A DNA stretch of 19,786 nucleotides from the IMG/VR virus record IMGVR_UViG_2721755712_000006, one strand, 5' to 3'. This DNA comes from a virus. Taxonomy: Duplodnaviria; Heunggongvirae; Uroviricota; Caudoviricetes. The notes beneath the pieces were generated by a model. It worked only from the letters and a program-made list of their open reading frames with translations. It was not told the DNA's origin and ran no database searches. Shown here piece by piece: positions 7,275-15,062 of this stretch (position 1 is its first letter; each line of letters starts with the position of its first letter). A program made the position numbers and the translations under genes.

Positions 7275-8740
7275 TAATCACCCCATAGTGAAGAAAAGTT
7301 ACTGCTGGCTGCTGGCTGTGATACCTGCTCAGATTGCGGCAATGTCTGCGACGAAGAAGCAGTTCCTCTGTCAACTGCTGAAATAACCCGCAAAGCATCA
7401 TAAGTTCGACCAGAAGCAGCTTTCAGCGAATTGAACTGGTTTTCCATCTTCCGGCGCTTGGTATCAATGGTTTTTGTGGAATCACCAGGCTGAGGGAAAT
7501 ACATTTGATAATATTTGGACATTTCAGCTGGTAGGATAGATGCCCCTGTTTCCTGACGGAGTATTGCCATTATTGCGTCATTAGCATTAACAACGTATTG
7601 CTGCTCTGCTGGGCTGAGCGTTAAGTTAGCCAGCGTCCCATTACCCAAAGCATTATTAATGATCGCCACTCGCTGTGGGCTAAGCTGGTCTTTCAGTGTA
7701 TCTATTGAATCAAGAGCATCCCTAACCCTGTATGCAAATCCAGCAGCTTTTTTAGCCCCTTCTGGCGACTTTTCCATGATCTTTTGGGCTGTTGGCAAAG
7801 CTATTGGACGAAACCCATCTCCAGATATTGGCTGGTTTAGTTTTCCCTGCTCTTCACTTCCGTCTGTGTAGTATTTTGTGACAGTGCCATCATCGTTTTC
7901 TCTAACACTCATTAATTTTTTGGCGTTTGTATTAATTCCAGCCGCTGCCGCAAATGCCGCCGCCCCCTCTGGATCCGCCTTTAACATTTGAGCGTACTGA
8001 TTGTAATTCTGCATTGCTGCTGTTGGTGCATATGCTGACGTTAACGCATTTGCTCGGCTAATATCCTGCCCTCTCGCCTGAAGTGCTTCGCCAGCCTGAT
8101 TGCTGCGGATTGTCTCTGCCAACTTGCCACGCTCAATATCCCGACCTTCCATTTGATCTTTGATATCGAAATACTTCTCATGACCGAGAGAAAACAGCGC
8201 CAGATTACCTGCGAAATGCTGGAAGCCCTGCGGGTCATTAACCTGCATTTCAGCAATAGTTTCTGGAGGGATACCTAAACGACGCATCTCCTGCTCATTA
8301 TCCATCATGAACCTGCCAAATGCGCCCTGACCAAGCGATGAGGCTACCTGTGCTTTGAGCGCCAGATTGCCATAATCATCCCTTTGAGCATCATCGACAT
8401 AACTCATCCCTTTACGGACTTCCTCAAACTCTTCTGGGAATGCTGTAATAAGATTACGCATCTGCTCCCTGTCACCGGACGCATAAGCATCTGCATAAGC
8501 TTTCTGGAATGCCGCTTTACGCTCCTGCTGTTGCTGCTGCTTATAAATATCAGCAACGCCAGCCAGACCACGAAGACCTGTCAGAGCAACGTTATTTGCA
8601 CCTGAGCGAGCCAGTTCATTGTTTTCGCGGATCAGACCAAGCGTTGCGTTAATGTCGCTTGCCTTTGGCGCATTCTCATTTTGCGTACCGATGCCAGCCA
8701 GAAAACCACCAGAATTAATACCCTGTTGCCACGTAGCCAT
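7274..8740 (-). CDS. Large hypothetical protein (~488 aa from ATG at 8740; 492 aa from GTG at 8752), low-complexity Ala/Gln-rich
   Basis: Long ORF translationally coupled to the 701-aa gene; poly-Gln run and Ala-rich tracts; no catalytic motif recognised. Confidence 0.7.
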   Translation of the reverse strand: MATWQQGINSGGFLAGIGTQNENAPKASDINATLGLIRENNELARSGANNVALTGLRGLAGVADIYKQQQQQERKAAFQKAYADAYASGDREQMRNLITAFPEEFEEVRKGMSYVDDAQRDDYGNLALKAQVASSLGQGAFGRFMMDNEQEMRRLGIPPETIAEMQVNDPQGFQHFAGNLALFSLGHEKYFDIKDQMEGRDIERGKLAETIRSNQAGEALQARGQDISRANALTSAYAPTAAMQNYNQYAQMLKADPEGAAAFAAAAGINTNAKKLMSVRENDDGTVTKYYTDGSEEQGKLNQPISGDGFRPIALPTAQKIMEKSPEGAKKAAGFAYRVRDALDSIDTLKDQLSPQRVAIINNALGNGTLANLTLSPAEQQYVVNANDAIMAILRQETGASILPAEMSKYYQMYFPQPGDSTKTIDTKRRKMENQFNSLKAASGRTYDALRVISAVDRGTASSSQTLPQSEQVSQPAASSNFSSLWGD

Positions 8741-8758
8741 TGATTTACCCACGTCCAG

Positions 8759-8917
8759 TTAAAGTGTAAGCCAGCGCCTTATCCATTAATCCCCGAGCAA
8801 TTTCGTGGATCGTTGGCGCAACTCCTACCTCTGATTTTTTACGCTGCTCCTCCTGAATTTTCTTTATCGCTTCCATTTGCTTCTCACTTATCAATACTGG
8901 CTTTACTGAAATAGCCA
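8759..8917 (-). CDS. Small protein (52 aa), possibly ribbon-helix-helix DNA-binding; first gene of the cargo operon
   Basis: Not in the ORF track (under 60 aa). ATG at 8917 with strong SD AAGGGGG; product MAISVKPVLISEKQMEAIKKIQEEQRKKSEVGVAPTIHEIARGLMDKALAYT; stop 6 nt before the next gene's GTG. Confidence 0.45.
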
Positions 8918-9011
8918 TAACGCCCCCTTAGAACTGTATAAAACAACAGTCATTATAGTTTCATAAAACGCAACATTCATCATTGTGATTGCAAAATATG
9001 AAACAAATAGC

Positions 9012-9044
9012 ACAAAAAAATGCCACCGTTCAGTAGCTGGTGGC
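9012..9044 (-). terminator. Intrinsic terminator for the 152-aa gene
   Basis: On the minus strand: GCCACC-11 nt loop-GGTGGC (rc of 9022..9044) followed by a T7 run (rc of 9014..9020). Confidence 0.5.
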
Positions 9045-9098
9045 ATCGTTCTGTATGTCAGGTTTTGACAGTTTTTTTATGGACTCTAAAAACTATAT

Positions 9099-9557
9099 TT
9101 ATGGAGTCGCATTACTCTTCATGGCGTGAGCTTTCCTGTTCTCTCTTTGTTCCTGGTTCCATGGATAAGTGTAATTGCCACCAGCAAAGACCATATTGAT
9201 TTTGTGAGGAACCATTAAAGCGATATCAGCACTCATGTCACTGAATGAAACACAGTGCAGACGTTCAAGCCATTTGTATGCTGCTGCCGCTTCTCCCCAC
9301 AAATTAATCCCTGCAAGTTCAACAATATCTCTGATGGAGCAGATATCAACCATCCCGTTAACGCCTGTAAAACGGCGTTTAAAGTCGCCAAGATACTTTC
9401 TGAAAAGAGTTGCTTTCATTGGTTCAGAAAGGTCTATGTATGGGAACACAACCACATCAAGCAGCATCTCCCTTCTGTTGTTCATCGGTATTACAGATGG
9501 CAAATCGGATACTTTGCCAAATACATGATGAAAAGCCTTTGCGATTATCTTCATCAT
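9099..9557 (-). CDS. Hypothetical protein (~152 aa), orphan cargo gene next to the iteron array
   Basis: ORF MMKIIAKAFHHVFGKVSDLP...; GGGAGA SD upstream of tandem ATGs; own terminator downstream. No family recognised. Confidence 0.5.
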   Translation of the reverse strand: MMKIIAKAFHHVFGKVSDLPSVIPMNNRREMLLDVVVFPYIDLSEPMKATLFRKYLGDFKRRFTGVNGMVDICSIRDIVELAGINLWGEAAAAYKWLERLHCVSFSDMSADIALMVPHKINMVFAGGNYTYPWNQEQRENRKAHAMKSNATP

Positions 9558-9643
9558 CAATCTCCCACTGAAACCAGTGATGTGGTGTTCAGATTTCGTA
9601 AAACACTCTCTAATGCCAGCCAGATGTTGTGCTCATCAATTCA

Positions 9644-9754
9644 GTCACGTTGTGTTGGTTCAAAATGCCGTGTTGTTGGTTCAGTGTTGGTTCAATAAAA
9701 AGAATAAAATCCTTATAAAACAATACTCTTTACAAATTGAACCAACTGAACCAA
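9644..9754. repeat. Iteron cluster B (putative replication origin downstream of the primase gene)
   Basis: GTTGGTTCA at 9644..9652, 9665..9673, 9676..9684; three tandem TGAACCAAC at 9728..9754. Segment 9717..9761 is the exact reverse complement of 1213..1257. Confidence 0.7.
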
Positions 9755-9789
9755 CTGAACCAACACCTTTTCTACGCACATGAAGAAGC

Positions 9790-12546
9790 TCATTCTTCAG
9801 ATGAGTTGTAATCTCCTGGCTGGTAATTGAGTACATAAACGTTTATTTGTCGTCCCTGAATACGTGGTGATTTTCTTTGGTATCCACGACCGCTGTTTGG
9901 TGGGGTTAGCATCCCGGCTTTTTTCAACACTTCAGCAAACTGTTTTGCGTTGAAACCACATGCGATCTCCTTTTCAAATGTGGCCGGGAATGTGTAGAAA
10001 ATCATTGGGCTTTCGTCATGTTCTCCACGCTGACGGTATCCGGCTAAATCTTTGATGGGCAAATCTGCCGGGCTGTATGGAAATGGTGCAAAACGGCTAA
10101 GCCCATAGGCATTAAGAAATGCCTCCGTTTGTTCAATAATCTGCTGATGCTCTTTGTTACCTGTGCCGAACTCGCGCAACCATGCGTTATAGCTGTGCTG
10201 TATCGCATCACGGCATGTCTGAGCATCCCAGCCTGTTACAACCTCGCCTAACAACAATGCGGCCTCCAGAATGGCAAATCGCGCGGCTACACGGTGAACC
10301 TGCTCACCATAATCGGATGGGATCAGGCTTCTCCATCTGCTTTCGCAGTCACGAACAGTTTTAATAGCCTGTTGCTGGTGGTCTGCCAGCCATTTAATCC
10401 ACTCACGCCCGGACGCGCCGTGGTGATGCTGGTAAGCGTCTTTCAGTGCGTCTGCGTGCTGTTTTCCGTTCTGGTAATCGTGAAAGCGTACTGCTTTACT
10501 CAACGGAATATTCAGCAGTCGCACCATTTGCCCGGCTTTGGTTTTTCGCCCGGAAGTAGCGATAAATGTTTCTAAATCCATTTCTCCGGTGCTGATTGCC
10601 ACTGTACGCCAGCGTTTTAGATCCCGGTTTCCACCATCTTTAGCGCCTTGCAGTTTCCCTACACCGTTAAATAACGCATAGGCAGACTGTGAAACACTGA
10701 CAGGATCAGCGCCCTGACCAACTTCATCAAGCGGCATTAGTCCGTCATTGTGGGCGGCAGCTTCATTTGCCAGCCCCAGCGCGGTTCCGTACCACGTCAG
10801 CCGCAGTAAATCAGGGTTGCCGTATAAGCTGCTCGCCACGTTTGCCGTGGTGGTCTTACCTGCGCTCGACTGCTCATAGAAATGAATGCCGAACCCGTCA
10901 GCGCCCACCAGCCCAATCAATGGCGCTGCCAGTGCTGCGCCGATCCCGGTCATCATTGAATAGTTACCAAAGGCCAGACGCGCCACGTTATCACGCCAGC
11001 TTTTCGCGCTCCCTGAGACGGTATATCCGGCTGCGGCTGAGCTTCTCCCGCTGAACAGCACAGGATTTTCAGGTGTTCCGATGATTTCCCCATCAGGCAT
11101 GATGTACGCTCCGCATTGCCAGCCAGTGGCATGAGCAACACGCCACAATTCACGAGAGCCACTGCGTTGTAGCCAGTCTGCCAGTATTGCTCTGAGGCTG
11201 CTTTTGGTCGTGACATTTACCCCACCAGCTTTAAGTGTGCGCCATCCTTCACGTTCACCAATATCAGCCAGTGGAATGGCAGCGGTTGTCGGCGTTTCAG
11301 AACCAAACGACAGCCAGCGAAGAATGAGATACTGGTCTTTATCGTCTCTGCCAGTACCGATAACGCTTAACGGAGAACATAACCAGCTTTCGTTATTGAT
11401 GATTTCTCCACTCTGGCTGTCAGCTCTCGGAGATACCCAATAAATACCATCCTCGCGGCTTTCTATTCTTGGTTTCAGTGGGTCGGTATCCATAACCTTA
11501 AAATCGCTTCCCTCAATGGTCTGTGGCTCCTGTTTCACGCCATTACCCTGTGGTTGGTACATTGACTTATTGAACGCTTCTGTGGCGCATTTAATGCCGT
11601 GTTTTTGGTGGTAATCATTCCAGTCTGCTTTGTGATCTGTCGGGGGTAATGCCACCCATCCAGAAACAGATAAAGCTGCCTTTTCTGCTGCTATTCTCCC
11701 CGTGTTTTGTCTTCCTTCGCTGTGGTCGTTATCCGCAGCAATGATGATTTGTGCTGAAGGAAATTTATCCCGCAGTACCTGGGCGACATATAACAGGTTC
11801 CCGGCATCAATCGCCGCCACTGTCAGCGCCTCTGGACGAATTAAATGGGCAGATAATGCCGTTGCCAGCCCTTCTGCGATTAAGATGCTCTGTGTTGTTT
11901 CTGGTGCGTTTATGGCGTGATATGCCCCCCGCTTTGCTGAACCTGTCAGGAGTCTTTTTTCACCATGTGAGGTAATAGTCTGTGCTGCTGTTACTGCGCC
12001 GGATTTATCCACCAGCGCCAGCAACAGAGATCCATCGGGCAACACGGGGAATGTAAAATCACCTACCCCTTTCGCAACCAGATAATCAGATTTGCCGTTT
12101 ACAGCCTTTCTGCGCATGTCATCAAACTGACGGGAAAACGTATCCCGTCTTTGTTGTTCGTCCTTCTCTGCCCTTTTCAGGCGCTCCTGTTCGCGTCGCT
12201 GGCGCTCGGTTTCCAGTTGTTCCCGTTTCTGGCTGGTGGCTTCTGGTGTTTCCGTTGTCCGGTAATCAATACCCAGAACATCAGCGGCAAGAAGCGCCGC
12301 CTCTGTTGTGTCGCAGTTATTTACGCGTTTAATTAAATCCAGCCCATCACCAGCGCCGCACTGATTACAGATGAAGCTACCGCGCCCGTTGTCATCGAAC
12401 CGGAATCGATCTTTGCCCCCACATGCAGGGCAGGGAGCATGACGGCGCGGAGAGTCAGGGACATTTATGTTCAGGCAGCCCAGCACATGAGGCCAGTTGT
12501 TTTCAGACGCACTGATAACCTGACGGATAAGATCAATGTTTCGCAT
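9790..12546 (-). CDS. P4 alpha-like primase-helicase (Zn ribbon, TOPRIM, P-loop NTPase)
   Basis: 918 aa. Cys4 ribbon CPACGG...FICNQCG; TOPRIM-like IIIAADNDH with upstream ILIAEGLATALS; Walker A SSAGKTTT. Confidence 0.9.
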   Translation of the reverse strand: MRNIDLIRQVISASENNWPHVLGCLNINVPDSPRRHAPCPACGGKDRFRFDDNGRGSFICNQCGAGDGLDLIKRVNNCDTTEAALLAADVLGIDYRTTETPEATSQKREQLETERQRREQERLKRAEKDEQQRRDTFSRQFDDMRRKAVNGKSDYLVAKGVGDFTFPVLPDGSLLLALVDKSGAVTAAQTITSHGEKRLLTGSAKRGAYHAINAPETTQSILIAEGLATALSAHLIRPEALTVAAIDAGNLLYVAQVLRDKFPSAQIIIAADNDHSEGRQNTGRIAAEKAALSVSGWVALPPTDHKADWNDYHQKHGIKCATEAFNKSMYQPQGNGVKQEPQTIEGSDFKVMDTDPLKPRIESREDGIYWVSPRADSQSGEIINNESWLCSPLSVIGTGRDDKDQYLILRWLSFGSETPTTAAIPLADIGEREGWRTLKAGGVNVTTKSSLRAILADWLQRSGSRELWRVAHATGWQCGAYIMPDGEIIGTPENPVLFSGRSSAAAGYTVSGSAKSWRDNVARLAFGNYSMMTGIGAALAAPLIGLVGADGFGIHFYEQSSAGKTTTANVASSLYGNPDLLRLTWYGTALGLANEAAAHNDGLMPLDEVGQGADPVSVSQSAYALFNGVGKLQGAKDGGNRDLKRWRTVAISTGEMDLETFIATSGRKTKAGQMVRLLNIPLSKAVRFHDYQNGKQHADALKDAYQHHHGASGREWIKWLADHQQQAIKTVRDCESRWRSLIPSDYGEQVHRVAARFAILEAALLLGEVVTGWDAQTCRDAIQHSYNAWLREFGTGNKEHQQIIEQTEAFLNAYGLSRFAPFPYSPADLPIKDLAGYRQRGEHDESPMIFYTFPATFEKEIACGFNAKQFAEVLKKAGMLTPPNSGRGYQRKSPRIQGRQINVYVLNYQPGDYNSSEE

Positions 12547-12558
12547 TCTGGCCCCCGT

Positions 12559-13161
12559 TTAGTGCGTCACTGGTGCTTCTGGGATGCCGTTTTCGTTTAG
12601 TTCGGCAATAAAGCTGTTGTGAAGATCGGCAAGCACTTCTCGCCCAAACGAAGTGAGTGTTCCCTGTTCGACATCGAACATGTTGCTGTAAAAAATGATG
12701 GCATTCTTTGTTCCGACATCAACACCATATTTCTCGATCATTGCGCCCTCAATGTTGTTTGCCATAGCGAGGCGCTCTGCTACTGGATACAGCGGCATGG
12801 CGACGATGCCATTGGAATAAACAGAAACCACGGAATGATTGCCACTGTCATCAATAATGCTGACGGTGCCGTTTCCCTTTCTCATTTCATTGATGAATGC
12901 TGTTGCTATCAGCCAGCGCCACATAATCACGTGATGCTGTGATGTGTAATCGAAATATCCCTGGTTGCCGCCACTGGCAATAGCGAGATGTATAAACATG
13001 CCTTCATCTGGTTTATCGTCATAATCCCCGGCATCCAGACGATTTACGGCATCAATATATGAGACGGTCTCAACGCGTTCTGTCATGCCATCGTTGCTGC
13101 GGTGCATGATGTTTACGCCGTCAGGCGTTGCTTCTGCATGGAAGGTTAAGAAATTATTCAT
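12559..13161 (-). CDS. Hypothetical protein (~200 aa) immediately upstream of the primase
   Basis: ATG at 13161 (MNNFLTFHAEATPDG...) with GAGG SD, overlapping the stop of the upstream gene by 8 nt; the ORF track's longer 235-aa form begins inside the upstream gene. Confidence 0.55.
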   Translation of the reverse strand: MNNFLTFHAEATPDGVNIMHRSNDGMTERVETVSYIDAVNRLDAGDYDDKPDEGMFIHLAIASGGNQGYFDYTSQHHVIMWRWLIATAFINEMRKGNGTVSIIDDSGNHSVVSVYSNGIVAMPLYPVAERLAMANNIEGAMIEKYGVDVGTKNAIIFYSNMFDVEQGTLTSFGREVLADLHNSFIAELNENGIPEAPVTH

Positions 13162-13375
13162 GTTTCGCCTCGCCTGAATGATTCTGTAACTCATATTTGC
13201 CCAACAATTCGTCTGCTTCCTGAATAGCTTCTGGTACGCCATTGAGCAGTGACATAACCGCGCCAATCATTAACTTGTCTCTGTTGCTGGGGCTGGCCCC
13301 TTCAAGCCAGAACCCTAAAACAGTCTGAACCTGTTCGATGCGACATTGCGCTTCAATGAGCTGGATGTTGGTCAT
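13154..13375 (-). CDS. Small hypothetical protein (73 aa)
   Basis: ORF in an overlapping-stop/start chain (ATGA overlap at 13372..13375). Confidence 0.45.
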   Translation of the reverse strand: MTNIQLIEAQCRIEQVQTVLGFWLEGASPSNRDKLMIGAVMSLLNGVPEAIQEADELLGKYELQNHSGEAKHE

Positions 13376-13635
13376 TTCGCACTCTCCACATCGATTAAAC
13401 TGATATCTATCAGGGAGGTAACTTTTTGTAGCCAGCTATTGATTACTGTCGCCTGTTCCCCTCCCACCGAGGGAATAATCTCATTCATCACATGAACCAG
13501 ACCTGTGCGCGCTCTGGTAAGCCGTTCAGTCGCGCAATCTGCGGGAGTGAATGTGTCTGGATATGGCTCTTCGCGCCCCAGCAATGATTCAATTTCCAGC
13601 TCACACGGATGACGATAAATTAAGTTGATATTCAT
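13372..13635 (-). CDS. Small hypothetical protein (87 aa)
   Basis: ORF in the same coupled chain (ATGA overlap at 13632..13635). Confidence 0.45.
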   Translation of the reverse strand: MNINLIYRHPCELEIESLLGREEPYPDTFTPADCATERLTRARTGLVHVMNEIIPSVGGEQATVINSWLQKVTSLIDISLIDVESAK

Positions 13636-13826
13636 TTTTCACCCCCAAGAATTACCAGCTCGGCACGGGCATCGTTAACCAAAGATGAGCACGCTTTAAT
13701 CGCATCCACGACATCAGCAGCGTCCATTTCTTCAGCCGAAAGACTGACAGCAACCAGGACAGCCGCTGCTTGCTCGATTAATTGAAGTGCGGACGTAAGG
13801 CGAGGGGTATTAATTGAGTTATTCAT
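13632..13826 (-). CDS. Small hypothetical protein (64 aa)
   Basis: ORF in the same coupled chain; overlaps upstream gene by 8 nt. Confidence 0.4.
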   Translation of the reverse strand: MNNSINTPRLTSALQLIEQAAAVLVAVSLSAEEMDAADVVDAIKACSSLVNDARAELVILGGEK

Positions 13827-14037
13827 TGGTTGCCCCCGTTTTTACTGGCATTTCGCCACCTTCCAGCAGGAAATGAACGTCACGAACGGCGAGATCCAAT
13901 ATCGCGAGTAACGCCTTCAGTCTTTCGTCTCGTGAGGGAGAGTTGCTCACCAGAATGTCGTTAATCACTTCTGTCAGTGTGATGATCTGGCTTGTGCGTT
14001 CGAGGGGATCCATATGCACATCGTAGGTTTTAATCAT
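13819..14037 (-). CDS. Small hypothetical protein (72 aa)
   Basis: ATG at 14037 (MIKTYDVHMDPLER...) with GGAGGTGG SD; this is the 3' part of the long 13819..14886 track ORF. Confidence 0.4.
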   Translation of the reverse strand: MIKTYDVHMDPLERTSQIITLTEVINDILVSNSPSRDERLKALLAILDLAVRDVHFLLEGGEMPVKTGATNE

Positions 14038-14224
14038 GTGCCACCTCCATGCGGATACGACCAGCAAAAAAGCAGACGTGATCGCGCACCAGAGAACGGC
14101 GAGCATCGCGTTCAGACTCGGCAGCAATATGATGAATTTTGGCGGTAATTGTCGGGCAATCGCGGCGAACTGCGGCGATAATCCAGATAAATTGCGGTTT
14201 TTGGGTAGGGGTAGTAGCCAGCAT
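14030..14224 (-). CDS. Small hypothetical protein (64 aa), first ORF after the structured leader
   Basis: ATG at 14224 (MLATTPTQKPQF...) preceded by GGAGG, which lies inside a predicted stem. Confidence 0.35.
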   Translation of the reverse strand: MLATTPTQKPQFIWIIAAVRRDCPTITAKIHHIAAESERDARRSLVRDHVCFFAGRIRMEVAHD

Positions 14225-14470
14225 GTGGCAGCCTCCATTCGATAGCATGTAACGCTACCACCGGAAACGCCAATTTCGCTGGTGGTAGCCCAGACAGGGT
14301 TGGCGTAACCGGCTCGAATGGATACCGGCGCTTCCGAAGAAGCCCCTGCCTGAGCCACCATTGATTGACAAAGGCGCTGGATTATACACCAACGCCCAAA
14401 AAATGGGTGAGTCAGACCTACGACATAAAAAAAGACGCTCGGCGCGTCATATGTCGCCATTCGATTTACC
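14225..14470 (-). promoter_or_regulatory. Structured non-coding leader with three mutually complementary 8-9 nt elements (P4 immunity-like topology)
   Basis: Plus-strand TCCATTCGA at 14234..14242, its reverse complement TCGAATGGA at 14314..14322, and a direct copy CCATTCGAT at 14457..14465; nested inner inverted repeat GCTACCACC (14254..14262) / GGTGGTAGC (14281..14289). Confidence 0.35.
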
Positions 14471-14524
14471 AGGACGCCAATCCCGGCACCCGTTTTATGA
14501 GGTGCCTTATAACCATAAACCGTG

Positions 14525-14551
14525 TTGCCGCATAACGGCAAGCTCTTTTTT
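14525..14551 (+). terminator. Hairpin plus T6 on the plus strand (possible terminator or part of the leader structure)
   Basis: ttgccg-cataa-cggcaa, then gctc, then tttttt; no obvious plus-strand gene upstream, so its role is uncertain. Confidence 0.25.
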
Positions 14552-14879
14552 ATGGACTCCGAAAACTCACTATTGGAAGAACCAGAAGCACAGTACATCG
14601 CGCTCATTTCGTTAACGTCACGCGCGTGGACGAATGTTTTTGTGGAGTCACTACACGAGCAGAACAGGTCATCTACGACCAGAAATTCTCTGGCGCAGCC
14701 GCTGACCTTCTCAACGCTAACATCATCGACCGTGATTTCTGACATAGTTAAGGCATCCGCTCCTACCACCAGCAAATGATAAACTTTGCTTGTATCTGCT
14801 GTATTAATGCCTGACTTTGCTGTCATATTGCTGGATTTTGGCGACATGCCAGCCAGTGAAAATGTCTTCTTCTGGGCGG

Positions 14880-15062
14880 TTAGCATTTGTTAACCTCCGC
14901 GAACTCCTTCATGAAACGTGCCAGCGGTTGTACGCATGGCGATTGATACCCGTCGCGATAAAACGTCACTCGGTTGTGAGACACGCTTTCGACAGTAACG
15001 AGTGCTCCGTGGGCATCTTTGTAGCGTTTTTGAGGTTGTGGTGTTCCTGTCGGCTTAAACAT
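14880..15062 (-). CDS. Small hypothetical protein (60 aa)
   Basis: ATG at 15062 (MFKPTGTPQPQKRYKDAHG...) with GGAGG SD 6 nt upstream; 8-nt overlap with the antirepressor gene stop. Confidence 0.4.
   Translation of the reverse strand: MFKPTGTPQPQKRYKDAHGALVTVESVSHNRVTFYRDGYQSPCVQPLARFMKEFAEVNKC

Noticed and set aside
5206-8605. Plus-strand ORFs (e.g. 5206..5424, 6382..6723, 7659..7871, 8384..8605) inside the large minus-strand genes
   Set aside because: They are antisense to long, well-supported ORFs and their products are low-complexity translations of Ala/Gln-rich codons; treated as spurious.
1220-9754. CRISPR array as an explanation for the GTTGGTTCA / TGAACCAAC repeat clusters
   Set aside because: Repeat units are only 9 bp, occur in both orientations, have no regular unique spacers of 30-40 bp and no cas genes; the pattern fits replication iterons.
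14361-14388. Plus-strand sigma70 promoter (TTGACA at 14365..14370)
   Set aside because: Spacing to any -10-like hexamer is 10-12 nt (too short) or requires a weak TTGATT -35; the reverse-strand TATAAT here also lacks a plausible -35.
13819-14886. 355-aa ORF on the minus strand reported by the six-frame track
   Set aside because: It spans the repeat-rich structured leader (14225..14560) and is Trp/Cys-rich and unlike a protein in its middle. Only the 3' 72 codons (ATG at 14037 with a good SD) look like a real gene; the 5' part (14560..14886) is left unannotated.
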